Shown one piece after another: positions 11,682-24,500 of a DNA stretch of 60,565 nucleotides. Below the pieces are notes generated by a model. It made no database searches and had not been told where the DNA came from. It saw only the letters and a list, made by a program, of their open reading frames with translations. Each line of letters begins with the position of its first letter. Position 1 is the stretch's first letter. This DNA comes from Malacoraja senta (lineage: Eukaryota): NCBI GenBank assembly GCA_038087875.1, contig JAXLNO010000561.1, forward strand, positions 62,001 to 122,565. The letters run 5' to 3'. The position numbers and the translations under genes were made by a program.

Positions 11682-12608
11682 ATGTAAGGCAAGCTGATTC
11701 AGTGTGATGCTTGCAGTATGTGGGAGGTCAAGGACACTGCTGGTGCCTCTGGCAGCTACAAATGTGAGAAGTGCATCCAGGTACAGCTCCTGAAGGACCG
11801 TGTTGAGGAACTGGAGAAGCAAGTGGATGACCTCAGGTTCATCCGAGAAACTGAGGCGTTCCTCGACAAGTCCTACAGTAAGATTGTTACACCTAAGGAA
11901 CTGGAAGAGAGAAGGTGGGTGACGGTGAAAAGGGGAGGGAAGCATGGAATGCAAACGTCCCCGGGTGTGGTACCTCTTGTAAACAGGTTCACACACTTAA
12001 AAGCTGTCGGGACAGAAGACGTTATTACACTGAGCGGCGGACTGGCTTGCGAAGCAAAAAGGGCTGTTGAGCCAAAACCAAAGAGGCCAACGTCAGGCAA
12101 TGCCACTGTAGTTGGAGACTCCATTGTTAGAGGTACGGACAGGGGTTTCTGCGGCAACAGACGAGATTCGAGGATGGTGTGCTGCCTTCCTGGTGCCAGG
12201 ATCCAGGATGTCCCGGAGAGAGTGCAGAAAATCCTCAAGGGCGAAGGTGAATAGCCGGAAGTGGTAGTGCATGTCGGCACAAACGATGTCGGAAAGAAGA
12301 GGATGAATATTCTGCAGCGTGACTTTAGAGAGCTCGGAAAAATGCTGACAAGCAGGACCTCCAGGGTTGTTATCTCCGGTTTGCTTCCAGTTCCTCGTGC
12401 TCGCGAGAGCAGGAACAGGGAGATACGGGACCTGAATGTGTGGCTGAGGAACTGGTGCACGGGGCAGGGATTTAGATTCTTAGATCACTGGGATCTGTTT
12501 TGGAGTAAAGGGGAACTGTACAAAAGGGACGGATTGCATCTTAACAGGTGGCGGACCAGCATTCTGGCAGGCAGGTTTGCCACTGCTACACGGGTGGTTT
12601 TAAACTGA
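11682..12608 (+). pseudogene. CR1 ORF1: zinc finger/leucine zipper plus SGNH esterase, two premature stops
   Basis: CDAC...CEKC, zipper LLKDRVEELEKQVDDL, and SGNH blocks VVGDSIV, LPGA, HVGTND and DGLH. Stops at 11685-11687 and 12252-12254. Confidence 0.9.
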
Positions 12609-15600
12609 ATAAGAGGGGTGGGGTGTCAAATGGGATAGTCGAGGATGGAATTAAAGGGAAAGGGTTTCTTAAATGTGTGAGCAGAGAGACAGAGGGGTGT
12701 AAAATGAGGGTAGAAGCAATAGGTAGCAAGGTGAAAAGTAAAAGTGGCAGGCAGACAAATCCAGGGCCGAAATCAAAAAGGGTCACTTTTCAACATAATT
12801 GTATAAGGGGTAAGAGTGTTGTAAACACAAGCCTGAAGGCTTTGTGTCTCAATGCAAGGAGCATTCGTAATAAGGTGGATGAGTTCAATGTGCAGATAGC
12901 TATTAATGACTATGATATTGTTGGGGTCACGGAGACATGGCTACAGGGTGACCAAGGCTGGGAGCTGAACATCCAGGGATATTCAATTTTCAGGAGGGAT
13001 AGACAGAAAGGAAATGGAGGTGGGGTAGCGTTGCTGGTTAGAGAGGAGATTAAAGCAATAGAAAGGAAGGACATTAGCTTGGAGGATGTGGAATCGATAT
13101 GGGTAGAGCTGCGAAACACTAAGGGGCAGAAAACGCTAGTGGGAGTTGTGTACAAGCCACCTTACAGTAGTAGTGAAGTTGGGGATGGCATCAAACAGGA
13201 AATTAGAAATGCGTGCAACAAAGGTAAAACAGTTATAATGGGACACTTCAATCTACATATAGATTGGGTGAATCAAATTGGCAGTGGTGCTGAGGAAGAG
13301 GATTTCTTGGAATGTATGCGGGATAGTTTTCTAAACCAACATGTAGAGGAACCAACGAGAGAGCAGGCTATTCTAGACTGGGTATTGAGTAATGAGGAAC
13401 GGTTAGTTAGCAGTCTTGTTGTGCGTGGCCCCTTGGGCAAGAGTGACCATAAAATGGTTGAGTTCTTCATTAGGATGGAGAGTGACATAATTAATTCTGA
13501 AACAAGGGTTCTGAACTTAAAGAAAGGTAACTTTGAGGGTATGAGACGTGAATTGGCCAAGATAGACTTGCAATTGATTCTTAAAGGGTTGACGGTGGAT
13601 ATGCAATGGAAGGCATTTAAAGGCTGCATGGATGAACTACAACAATTGTTCATCCCAGTTTGGCAAAAGAATAAATCAGGGAAGGTACTGCATCCGTGGA
13701 TAACTAGGGAAATCAGGGATAGTATCAAAACAAAAGACGAAGCATACAAATTAGCCATAAAAAGCAGCCTACCAGAGGACTGGGAGAAATTCAGAGTCCA
13801 ACAGAGGAGGACAAAGGGCTTAATTAGGAAAGGGGAAATAGATTATGAAAGAAAACTGGCAGGGAACATAAAAACTGACTGCAAAAGTTTTTATAGATAT
13901 GTGAAAAGAAAAAGATTAGTTAAAACAAATGTAGGTCCCTTGCAGTCAGAAACAGGCGAATTGATCATGGGGAACAAGGACATGGCAGACCAATTTAATA
14001 ACTACTTTGGTTCTGTCTTCACTAAGGAAGGCATAAATAATCTGCCGGAAATAGCAGGGGACCGGGGGTCAAATGAGATGGAGGAACTGAGTGAAATCCA
14101 GGTTAGCCTGGAAGTGGTGTTAGGTAAATTGAGTGGATTAAAGGCCGATAAATCCCCAGGGTCAGATAGGCTGCATCCCAGAGTACTTAAGGAAGTAGCC
14201 CCAGAAATACTGGATGCATTAGTGATAATTTTTCAAAATTCTTTTGATTCTGGAGTAGTTCCTGAGGATTGGAGGGTAGCTAATGTAACCCCACTTTTTA
14301 AAAAGGGAGGGAGAGAGAAAACGGGGAATTACAGCCCAGTTAGTCTAACATCGGTAGCGGGGAAACTGCTAGAGTCAGTTATTAAAGATGGGATAGCAGC
14401 ACATTTGGAAAGTGGTGAAATCATTGGACAAAGTCAGCATGGATTTATGAAAGGGAAATCATGTCTGACGAACCTTATAGAATTTTTTGAGGATGTAACC
14501 AGTAGAGTGGATAAGGGAGAACCAGTGGATGTGTTATATCTGGACTTTCAGAAGGCTTTCGACAAGGTCCCACATAAGAGATTAGTATACAAACTTAAAG
14601 CACATGGTATTGGGGGTTCAGTATTGATGTTGGTAGAGAACTGGCTGGCAGACAGGAAGCAAAGTGTAGGAGTAAACGGGTCCTTTTCAGAATGGCAGGC
14701 AGTGACTAGTGGGGTACCGTAAGGCTCAGTGCTGGGACCTCAGCTATTTACAATATATATTAATGATTTGGACGAGGGAATTGAATGCAACATCTCCAAG
14801 TTTGCGGATGACACGAAGCTGGGGGGCAGTGTTAGCTGTGAGGAGGATGCTAGGAGGCAGCAAGGTGACTTGGATAGGCTGGGTGAGTGGGCAACTGCAT
14901 GGCAGATGCAGTATAATGTGGATAAATGTGAGGTTATCCACTTTGGTGGCAAAAACAGGAAAGTAGATTATTATCTGAATGGTGGCCGATTAGGAAAAGG
15001 GGAGATGCAACGAGACCTGGGTGTCATGGTACACCAGTCATTGAAAGTAGGCATGCAGGTGCAGCAGGCAGTGAAGAAAGCGAATGGTATGTTAGCTTTC
15101 ATAGCAAAAGGATTTGAGTAAAGGAGCAGGGAGGTTCTACTGCAGTTGTACAGGGTCTTGGTGAGACCACACCTGGAGTATTGCTTACAGGTTTGGTCTC
15201 CTAATCTGAGGAAAGACATTCTTGCCATAGAGGGAGTACAGACAAGTTTCACCAGACTGATTCCTGGGATGTCAGGACTTTCATATGAAGAAGACTGGAT
15301 AGACTTGGCTTGTACTCGCTAGAATTTAGAAGATTGAGGGGGGATCTTATAGAAACTTACAAAATTCTTAAGGGGTTCGACAGGCTAGATGCAGGAAGAT
15401 TGTTCCCGATGTTGGGGAAGTCCAGAACAAGGGGGTCACAGTTTAAGTATAAGGGGGAAATCTTTTAGGACCGAAATGAGAAAAACATTTTTCACACAGA
15501 GAGTGGTGAATCTCTGGAATTCTCTGCCACAGAAGGTAGTTGAGGCCAGTTCATTGGCTATATTTAAGAGGGAGTTAGATGTGGCCATTGTGGCTAAAGG

Positions 15601-15640
15601 TATCAGGGCGTATGGTGAGAAGGCAGGTACAGGATACTGA
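12548..15640 (+). pseudogene. CR1 ORF2 (APE endonuclease plus RT), disrupted
   Basis: CLNARSI, VTETWL, GKSDH, QHGFMKGKSCLTNL, YLDFQKAFD and KFADDTKL. Stops at 14720-14722 and 15119-15121, and an extra G at ~15431-15435. Confidence 0.93.
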
Positions 15641-16143
15641 GTTGGATGATCAGCCATGATCATATTGAATGGCGTTGCAGGCTCAAAGGACCGAATGGCC
15701 TACTCCTGCACCTATTTTCTATGTTTCTAATATAGAATAGTACAGCATAGGAACAGGCCCTTCCGCCCACAATGTCCATGCTGAAATGATGCCGTTCCAG
15801 GCACCCATTATCCTGTGTAAAAAGAATTTGCCCCACACATCTTCTTTAAACTTTGCCCTTCTCACAAAGCTATACCCTCTAATCTCTGACATTTCTACCC
15901 TACGAAAAAAGTTCCAATTGTTTACCTTACCTATTGCTCTCATCATTTTATATACGATCAGGTATTCCATACTTCTATTATGTCCATTCACATTAAATAG
16001 TGTAATAGAATATAATAGGTATAAAATGTAATAATCAGAACCAGGAGCTTATTGTTTGGTTAGCAAGTGGCTGAGCGGTGGAGAGCTTTGGACTGTATCC
16101 ATGACATTCTACTGGGGTACTGCTAATAACGTGGGAAACATGG

Positions 16144-16450
16144 AGGCACAGTGGTGGAGCGGTAGAGCCGCTGCCTCACAGCACCAGAGACCCCCGCTCA
16201 ATCCTGACCTTGGGTGCTGTTTGTGTGGTTTATACATTCTCCATGACCGAGTGGGTTTCCTCAGGGTGCACGGTTTCCTTCACATTCCAAAGATGTGCAG
16301 GTTTGTCGGTTATTTGGCTTCTGTAAATTTCCCCTATTGCGCAGGATGTGAAAGTGGGATAACATAAAACGAGCATAAGGGTGGTCTTTGTTGGTGTGGA
16401 CTCGGTGGGCCGAAGGGCCTGTTTCTACGCTGTATCTTTAAACTAAACCT
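16144..16450 (+). mobile_element. tRNA-derived SINE (HE1/V-SINE-like)
   Basis: A box-like tggtggagcgg, B box-like gctcaatcc, central tgggtttcctcagggtgcacggtttcc and a 3' gggccgaagggcctgtttc tail shared with CR1-type LINEs. Confidence 0.8.
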
Positions 16451-17556
16451 TGAATCCCACTAATTGACAAGAAACATTTTGATAACATTTTCAAAAACCA
16501 TCAACATTTCTTGCTCCATGAACGATAACTGTTTAGCATTAATTTCAACCTGCCAATCTTTACACCTTTCATTTCCCCATATTAAACAGCATCAGATCTT
16601 TCGTCAGGTTATCCAGGTCAAACATTTTTGATAACATATACCATCCCCAAAACTATGGTCAACTGTCCCTGCATATATAAATTTGTATGATAGAAGATTT
16701 TGTGTGAACAATTTCCAGATTAACCAAATGTAGCTGCGCCAGTCCTAACTGGATGGAATTCACTAATCTTTACCTCAGCTATTTATAGATGCTTTTACAG
16801 TTTGTCTTTTTTATGTACTCCGTAAGTTTACTTGGCAATTATTTTACTCTCCTTTGCCTAATTATAAACCGTTCCCAATCCTCGGACCTGCTTTCTTTCT
16901 GGCAATTCCACGTCTCCTCAATACATCTATTAGTAGATCTAATTTCCATTTCACGCCATGGTTGAGTCCTCTCTCGCAACTTATTTTTGTGCCGGGCAGG
17001 AATGTTTCATTGTTATGATTCACATTTACATTCTTTAAATATTATCCAATGTTATCCATTTAGTAGTTCTCCAATCTATCGTTGGCAAACTCTTGAGTTT
17101 AGGTTTATTATCAGCACATGTACTGAGGTACTGAAAAGCTTCCTCTCCACATCCACTCTATCCAAGCCTTTCACTATTCGGTCAATTTCAACGAGGTCCC
17201 CCCTCATTCTTCAAAACTGCAGATTTTATCATTATAGAAGAAAAAAATGCTTGCTATTCATTTAAGTTATCAAGAGGTACACAAAGATCAACTAAGCAGT
17301 TTGCTGATTAAGCATAGTAAATTAATTAAAATTCCACAAAACTAGCAGTGAGAAATGGAGAATGTAATGATGCACCAGGCACGATATTACCTGGAACGTG
17401 GCGAGAACAGTTATGAAAGGATGGGAAGAATTTCCCTAGAGAAAATTCAAAATGTTACATGTTTTCAAAGCAGTTAACTTAAATACAGATACTGCCAAGA
17501 GGTTTTCATGCACCTGAGGTTTAACTTTAAACAGTTAGGTAGATTTATCGGCATAC

Positions 17557-17983
17557 CTGAAGTCAGAAACTGCAGAATTTGTGTTGAAATGATGGTACTT
17601 CTTCAATCTTTTGGGAGGCTGACAAAATGAACGGTCGGTATAACTAGATGACGTTGAATTGGCAGTCGCATGATTGGCACATTTATTAAAACTACTTTTT
17701 ATCTGATGGTTAGAATTCAACGTATTTGCAGGGCAATTTTCAACCACGGCTAGAAATGAAGGATTCCCATCTGGTGATAACGTGTTCCCTTTCACTTCAT
17801 TTCCTGCAGAGGAACAGGACGCAGGACTCTTCTGGGAGCTCCTAAGTGACGTCAGGACCAGTGTCGTCACACCAAACGCTGCTCTGCGATTGAGCTTCAA
17901 TTCCACGAGGGGTTTACCAAAGTTGTTACATTGGTACTTTATGAGATTCATATAAAAACAAAACTTCTGAGGTGATGCTGCCT
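17557..17983 (-). CDS. NEIL3: NEIL3 internal exon (linker region; equivalent to human exon 8)
   Basis: Acceptor tttttatttttag|AG and donor TTC AG|gtatgc. Phase is compatible with both neighbours. Encodes LIKYQCNNFGKPLVELKLNRRAAFGVTTLVLT, matching NEIL3 LMKYPCNTFGKP...KINRKTAFGTTTLVLT. Confidence 0.93.
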
Positions 17984-18399
17984 CTAAAAATAAAAACAGT
18001 TAATATTACTCATCATAAATCATTTGCAGAATCACTAAAAAGAGAGGTATTGTTGTTAGATGAGATATTCAAGTTTAACATCGTAGGAATATTAAGCGAT
18101 TCCGATTTGATCTGAAACTTAAATTTTCTTATGGAAGTGGAAAGGTATTTTTAACTGATTTACCACTAAGCCATTGAACGAAATTCATGGTATACCTAAG
18201 CTCACTAAACTTTCAGCTTTGTTTAGGTTGGTGATACAGCATGGAAACAGGCCCTTCAGCCCAAACCGACCTGTTCATACTAGTTCTGTTATCGCACTTT
18301 CTCAATCCACTCCCTATACACTAGGTCAATTTAAAGAGGGCAGATTAACCTGCAAACCTGCACGTCTTTGGGGTGGCCTTTATAACAAGGCCACCCCAC

Positions 18400-18950
18400 A
18401 TGTTGGCCTTTATAACAAGAGGAATCGAATATGGGAGCAAAGGACATTCTTGCTATTGAAGGAGTGCAGCGTAGGTTTACAAGGTTAATTCCCGGGATGG
18501 CGGGGCTGTCATATGCTGAGAGAATGGAGCAGTTGGGCTTGTACACTCTGGAGTTTAGAAGGATGAGAGGGGATCTCATTGAAACATATAAGATTGTTAT
18601 GGGCTTGGACACGCTAGAGGCAGGAAACATGTTCCCGATGTTGGAGGAGTCCAGAACCAGGGCCACAGTTTAAGAAAAAGGAATAAGCCATTTAGAACCG
18701 AGATGAGGAAACACTTTTTCTCACAGAGAGTGGTGAGTCTGTGGAATTCTCTGCCTCAGAGGGCGGTGGAGGCAGGTTCTCTGGATGCTTTCAAGAGAGA
18801 GCTAGATGGGGCTCTTAAATAGCGAAGTCAGGGGATATAGGGAGAAGGCAGGATCGGGGGTACTGATTGGGGATGATCAGCCATGATCACATTGAATGGC
18901 CGTGCTGGCTCGAAGGCCGAATGGCCTACTCCTGCACCTATTGTCTATTG
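18400..18950 (+). mobile_element. CR1 3' fragment inserted into a minus-strand SINE remnant (18215-18372)
   Basis: DILAIEGVQRRFTRLIPGM...RTRGHS and a ctattgtctattg tail. Confidence 0.9.
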
Positions 18951-19087
18951 TTGAACGTTACATTTGTAACAGTAATAAACCTCTTGAAAAAGCCATGGGC
19001 CGTGAAGACATTAAATGAAATGTACAAGTTCAATCAATAATAAATAGGTATGACTAAAATAGGGTTGACCATTATAAACGCACTTAC

Positions 19088-19257
19088 TAGCAGGCCTCTG
19101 TGTTAAACAGGCATCACATGATTTGGCTGCTGGTGCATTGATTAGAGTACAAAGCTGACACGTCCACTCTTCCTCTTCTTGTTTGGCAATGGTATCAGTA
19201 GACTGACCTGGAGAGCCCTGTGCCCAAGTGACCAGGCTATTCCGTTGAGGGAAATTA
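19088..19257 (-). CDS. NEIL3: NEIL3 internal exon (RanBP2/NZF-type zinc finger; equivalent to human exon 7)
   Basis: Acceptor ttctaaacag|T at 19257 and donor GCT A|gtaagt at 19088. Translates NFPQRNSLVTWAQG...EEWTCQLCTLINAPAAKSCDACLTQRP (W-x-C-x2-C-x3-N-x6-C-x2-C), matching human NEIL3 LPTRNTIISW...HWTCVVCTLINKPSSKACDACLTSRP as I recall it. Confidence 0.95.
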
Positions 19258-19289
19258 CTGTTTAGAAACAAAATTTGTTTAGGCTCAGC

Positions 19290-20250
19290 TTTGCATGTTA
19301 TCCAATCTGATTAGATAATACTAGACATAAATACAATCAAGTCAAACTTAAATACAACAGATAGAGCAAAGGGGAAGATACAGAGTGCAGAATATAGTTC
19401 TCAGCATTGTAGCGCATCAGTTCCAGAAACAAAGGCCAATGTCCACAATGGGGTAGAGGTGAATTGGACAGTAGCCCAGCCTGATAACAGAGGGAAAGAA
19501 GCTATTCCCGAGTCTGGTGGTGCACACTTTCTTCTGTATCTCCTGCCTGACGAGAGCAGGGAGATGAAGGAATAACCAGGATGGAAAAGGTCTTTGATAA
19601 CATTGGCTGCCTTCCTGACGGAGAGTGAAGAGTAGATTAGTTAATGGTGGGAAATCTGGTCAGTGTGATGGACTGGCGGCATCTACAACTCTCTGCGATG
19701 TGTTGTGATCTTGGACAGAGTTGTTCCCAAACCAAGATGTGATGGTACCCGACAGTATGTGCGCAAGTTAGAGGAGCACCTCATATTTCGCTTGAGTAGT
19801 TTGCACCCCAACGGCATGAACGTTGACTTCACTAATTTTAGATAGCCCTTGCTTTCTCACTCCTTCCCAGTTCTCCCACGTCCTACTGTCTCCGCCTACT
19901 TCTTTCCTTCTCTCCATAGACCCTGCCGCACCCACTGAGTTTCTCCAGCATTTTTTGTCTACCTTAGTATGTTTTCTATATTCATTGGTGACTCGGACTA
20001 TCTTTGATCAAAATTTGTTGGCTTAACCTTGTGCTAAACGTTATTCCCTTACCATGTATCCATACACTGTAATGGTTGTAATAATGTATTCTCTTTCTGC
20101 TGACTGGTTAGCACGCAGTTAAACGTTATTTACTGTACCTCGGTACACGTGACAATAAACTAAACTGAACTATAGTGTATGTGTAGATGTTTGTGAAAGT
20201 CATTGGAGACATGCCAAATTTCCTCACTCCTCAGGAAGTAGAGTCTTTTG
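19290..20250. mobile_element. Nested old debris: Rex1-type remnant (-) interrupted by a Penelope 3' fragment (19761-19965 +) and a Rex-type tail
   Basis: gaggagcacctcatatttcgcttg (EEHLIFRL, the GIY-YIG end) at ~19770, and cactgtacctcggtacacgtgacaataaa-type tails. Confidence 0.6.
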
Positions 20251-20789
20251 TGTGTCTTTTTGGCTGTTGCATCAGTGGGTCTGGTTCATGTTAAAAGCAT
20301 AAATAATGCCATAGATATTAAAGTTAGATTTAGCTCTTAGGGCTAAGGGAATCTAGGGACATGGGGGGGGGGGGGGAAGCCAGAACTGGGTACTGATTGG
20401 GGATGATCAGCCATGATCACATTGAATGGCGGTTCTCGTCGAAAGACCGAATGGCCTACTCCTGCACCTATTTTCTAAACAGATTGTTCAGAAAAGAAAA
20501 TGCTATTCCCCTTATAACCTTATGGGAAAAGTGTCAGAATTTAAGATTTTATTTCAATAACAGCGTGCTTATTTACACTGTATTCACAGACAATGCAATA
20601 GAGTTTAGAAATAAAGACACCCCCGATGTCCACCAACTCCAGAGCCATATAAAAACTCAGCCGGCCGGGCGGCACCTGCGAGGGAACGGACCAGGAGCCG
20701 CCCCGGGCCTGGGCTCCCCCCCAACAGGAAGGAACCGCAGATGCAGCCGTCCCTGTAAAACGCCAAATAATTCCGGGAATGCCGAGGCA

Positions 20790-20816
20790 AGAGGGTGAGA
20801 GAGAGGGAGTGAGAGA

Positions 20817-20851
<35 letters not shown>

Positions 20852-20982
20852 GAGATAGGGAGCGTGAGAGAGAGCGCGCGAGAGAGAAAGGGAGGAAGGG
20901 AGAGAGCGAAAGACAGAGAGACACAGCGAGAGAGGGAGAGAGCGAGGGAGCGAGGGGAGAGAGACAGAGAGCGAGACAGAGG
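20790..20982 (+). repeat. (GA)n-rich microsatellite
   Basis: Imperfect AG dinucleotide run. Confidence 0.95.
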
Positions 20983-21279
20983 GACACCAGCCCCCCAACC
21001 CCAAGCACCGCGGCAAACCAACGACAAAAACACTCATCCAGATCTTGAAACCCAAAACACCAATGGATTTAATCTGTTACAATCCCCAGAGGTACAGCAT
21101 GACCCTTCCCATTCCTGCATTTTCCAAGCAGCAAGATCCCAAGTCAACCCCACAGGGCCACCACCCCTCCATTGGTGAGTGGCATGCCAACGAAACAGGA
21201 AGTTGGGCCGATCCCGGCCGCTCCCACCTGCCCGCTGAACCTCGGCCGGTACAGCGGTGACTCGTTGTTACGATTATCT

Positions 21280-21392
21280 TTGGTCGATTTTGCCTTGTTA
21301 AATACGGACTTTAAATAAATCTGTATTAAACAGCACATCTTATCGCATTTCCGTATAAAATCCGGAAAATCCGTACTATTTGGCAGCTCTGC
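21280..21392 (-). mobile_element. Possible hAT-type DNA transposon terminus (second copy ~24536-24654)
   Basis: Minus strand starts CAGAGCTGCCAAATAGTACGGATTTTCCGGATTTTATACGGA, resembling (C/T)AGGGTTGCCA termini with repeated TACGGA subterminal motifs. No partner end found. Confidence 0.4.
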
Positions 21393-21394
21393 AA

Positions 21395-21515
21395 GGACAG
21401 AAGCAGGCCTCTGAATATACAATTTTTCAACAAAGTAAAACAGGCAAACCAATTAAGGCTCCCTAAGTGGTGACGCCAATGCCATCACAACCGTCTGAAT
21501 GCATACAGATTGATC
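21395..21515 (+). pseudogene. Possible retroviral/LTR integrase remnant (second copy ~24660-24778)
   Basis: QQSKTGKPIK(A/V)P*VVTPMPSQP(S/F)ECIQID resembles the segment between the HHCC finger and the first catalytic Asp (PFExIQIDF). It is cut off by the satellite. Confidence 0.4.
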
Positions 21516-21517
21516 GA

Positions 21518-24500
21518 AAGCCGCTAAACCCCAACGCCAGCTGCTGAACCCCAGCGCCAGCCGCTAAACCGCAACGCCAGCCGCTAAATCCCAACGCCAG
21601 CCGCTCAACCCCAAAGCCAGCCGTTAAACCTCAATGCCAGCCGCTAAATCTCAACGCCAGCCGCTGATCCCCAACGCCAGCCGCGAAAGCTCAACGCCAG
21701 TCACTAAACACCAACGCCAGCCGCTAAACGCCAACGCCAGCCGCTAAACCCCAACGCCAGCCGCTAAACACCAACGCCAGCCGCTCAATCCCAACGACAG
21801 CTGCAAATCCCAACTGCAGCCGCTAAACCTCAAAACCGGCCGCTAAACCTCAACGCCGGCCGCTAAACCACAACGCCGGCCGCTAATCAACAAGGCCGGC
21901 CGCTGCACCCCAACGCCTGCCGCTGCACCCCAACATCAGCCGCTAACCCCCAACGCCAGCCGCTCACCCCCAACGCCAGCCAATAACCCCCAAAGCCAGC
22001 CACTAACCCCCAACGCCAGCCACTAAACACCAACGCCAGCCGCTAAATCCCAACGCCAGCCGCTCAACCCCAACGCCAGCCGCTAAACCCCAACGCCAGC
22101 CGCTAAACCCCAAAACCAGCCGTTAAACCTCAATGCCAGCCGCTAAATCTCAACGCCAGCCGCTGATCCCCAACGCCAGACGCGAAAGCTCAACGCCAGT
22201 CACTAATCCCCGACGCCAGCCGCTAAACGCCAACGCCAGCCGCTCAACCCCAACGCCAGCCGCTCAACCCCAACGCCAGCCGCTCAACCGCAACGCCAGC
22301 CGCTAAACACCAACGCCAGCCGTTAAACACCAACGGCAGCCGCTAAACCCCAACGCCAGCCGCTATTCCCCAAAGCAGTTGCTAAACCCCAACGCCATGC
22401 GCTGCACCCCAACGCCATCCGCTCAACCCCAACACAAGCCGCTGCACCTCAACGCTAGCCTCGAAAACCCAACGCCAGCCGCTCAACCCGAATGCCAGCC
22501 GCTGCCTCCAAAGCCAGCCTCGAAAACCCAACGCCAGCCGCTAAACCGCAAAGCCAGCCGCTAAATCCCAGCGCCAGCCGCTCAACCCCAACGCCAGCCG
22601 CTCAACCCCAACGCCAGCGGCTAAACCACAACGCCAGCCGCTAAACCCCAAAGCCAGCCGTTAAACCTCAACGCCAGCCGCTAAATCTCAACGCCAGCCG
22701 CTAATCCCCAACGCCAGCTGCGAAAGCTCAACGCCGGCCGCTCAACCCCAACGCCAGTCACTAAACCCCAAAGCCAGCCGCTAAACCCCAACGCCAGTCG
22801 CTAAACACCAACGACAGCCGCAAATCCCAACGGCAGCCGCAAATCCCAACGGCAGCCGCTAAACCACAAAACCGGCCGCGATACCTCAACGCCGGCCACT
22901 AAACCACAACGCCGGCCGCTAAACAACAAGGCCGGCCGCTGCACCCCAACGCCTGCCGCTGCACCCCAACACCTGTCGCGAACCCCCAACGCCAGCCGCT
23001 CACCCCCAACGCCAGGCGATAACCCCCAAAGCCAGCCACTAACCCCCAACGCCAGCCGCTAAACACCAACGGCAGCCGTTAAACACCAACGGCAGCCGTT
23101 AAACACCAACGGCAGCCGCTAAACCCCAACGCCAGCCGCTAAACCCCACCAGCCGCTAAACCGCAATGCCAGCCGCTAACCCGCAATGCCAGCCACTGCA
23201 CCCCAACGCCAGCCGCTAAACAGCAACGCCAGCCGTTAAACCCCAACGGCAGCCGCTAAACCTCAACGCCAGCCGCTATACCCCAAACCAGTTGCCAAAC
23301 CCCAACGCCATGCGCTGCACCCCAACGCCATCCGCGAAACCCCAACGCAAGCCGCTGCACCCCAACGCTAGTCTCGAAAACCCAACGCCAGCCGCTCAAC
23401 CCCAACGCCAGCCGCTGCACCCCAACGCCAGCCGCTGCACCCTAACGCCAGGCAGCCTCGAAACCCCAACAGCAGCCGCTCAACCACATCGCCAGCCGCA
23501 AAACCTTAACGCCAGCCGCTAAATCCCAACGCCATCCGCTAGACCTCAACGCCGGCCGCTAAACCTCAACGCCGGCCGCTAAACCTCAACGCCGGCCGCT
23601 AAATCCCAACGCCGGCCGCTCAACCCCAACGGCAGCCGTTCAACCTCAACACCACACGCTAAACCCCAACACCAGCCGCTAAACCCCAACGCCAGCCGCA
23701 AAACCTTAACGCCAGCCGCTAAATCCCAACGCCATCCGCTAAACCTCAACGCCGGCCGCTAAACCTCAACGCCGGCCGCTAAACCTCAACGCCGGCAGCT
23801 AAACCCCAATGCCAGCCGCTAAACCACATCGCCAGCCGCTCAATCCCCCCAGCCCCGAAACCCCAACGGCAGCCCCGAAACCACAACGCCTGCCTCGAAA
23901 CCCCGCCAGCCGCTAAACCATAACGCCAGCCGCTAAACCCCAACGCCAGTCGAGAAACCCCAACGCCAGCCGCTAAACCCCAACGCCAGCCTCGAAAACA
24001 GAACGCCAGCCGCTGAACCCCAATGGCAGCCGCTGAACCCCAGCGTCAGCTTCTGAACCCCAGCGCAAGCCTCTGAACCCCAGCGCCAGCCTCTGCACCC
24101 CAACGCCAGCCCCGAAACCCCAACGCCAGCCTCGAAACCCCAAAGCCAGCCGCGAAACCCAATCGCCAGCCTCGAAACACCAACGCCAGCCGCTAAACCA
24201 CAACGCCAGCCGCTGAACCCCAGAAACCCAACGCCAGTCCCGAAACCCCAACGCCAGCCCCGAAACACAAACGACAGCCGCTAAACGCCAACCGTGAAAC
24301 CCCAACTGTTAAGGTTCATTTTCTTAAAACAGACAACTTACAATGTTAGGTAAAACCAATACAAGCTTTAATGATCATTTAGCTAGAGAGTGCTGGGAGA
24401 TATAAAGTCAAGCGTACAGCAGATACATAACTCCTCCCAGGCCATTACTCTAATGAATGAAGACATTCAGCATCTTTTTATACTTTTGGAAACATAGTCA

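Larger units (their letters stand above)
11209..15731 (+). mobile_element. Near full-length CR1 LINE with 7-bp TSD ATAGAAT
   Basis: TSD atagaat at 11202-11208 and 15732-15738. The element has a 5' UTR with two 149-bp tandem units, ORF1, ORF2, a 3' UTR and a ttctatgtttct tail. Confidence 0.95.
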
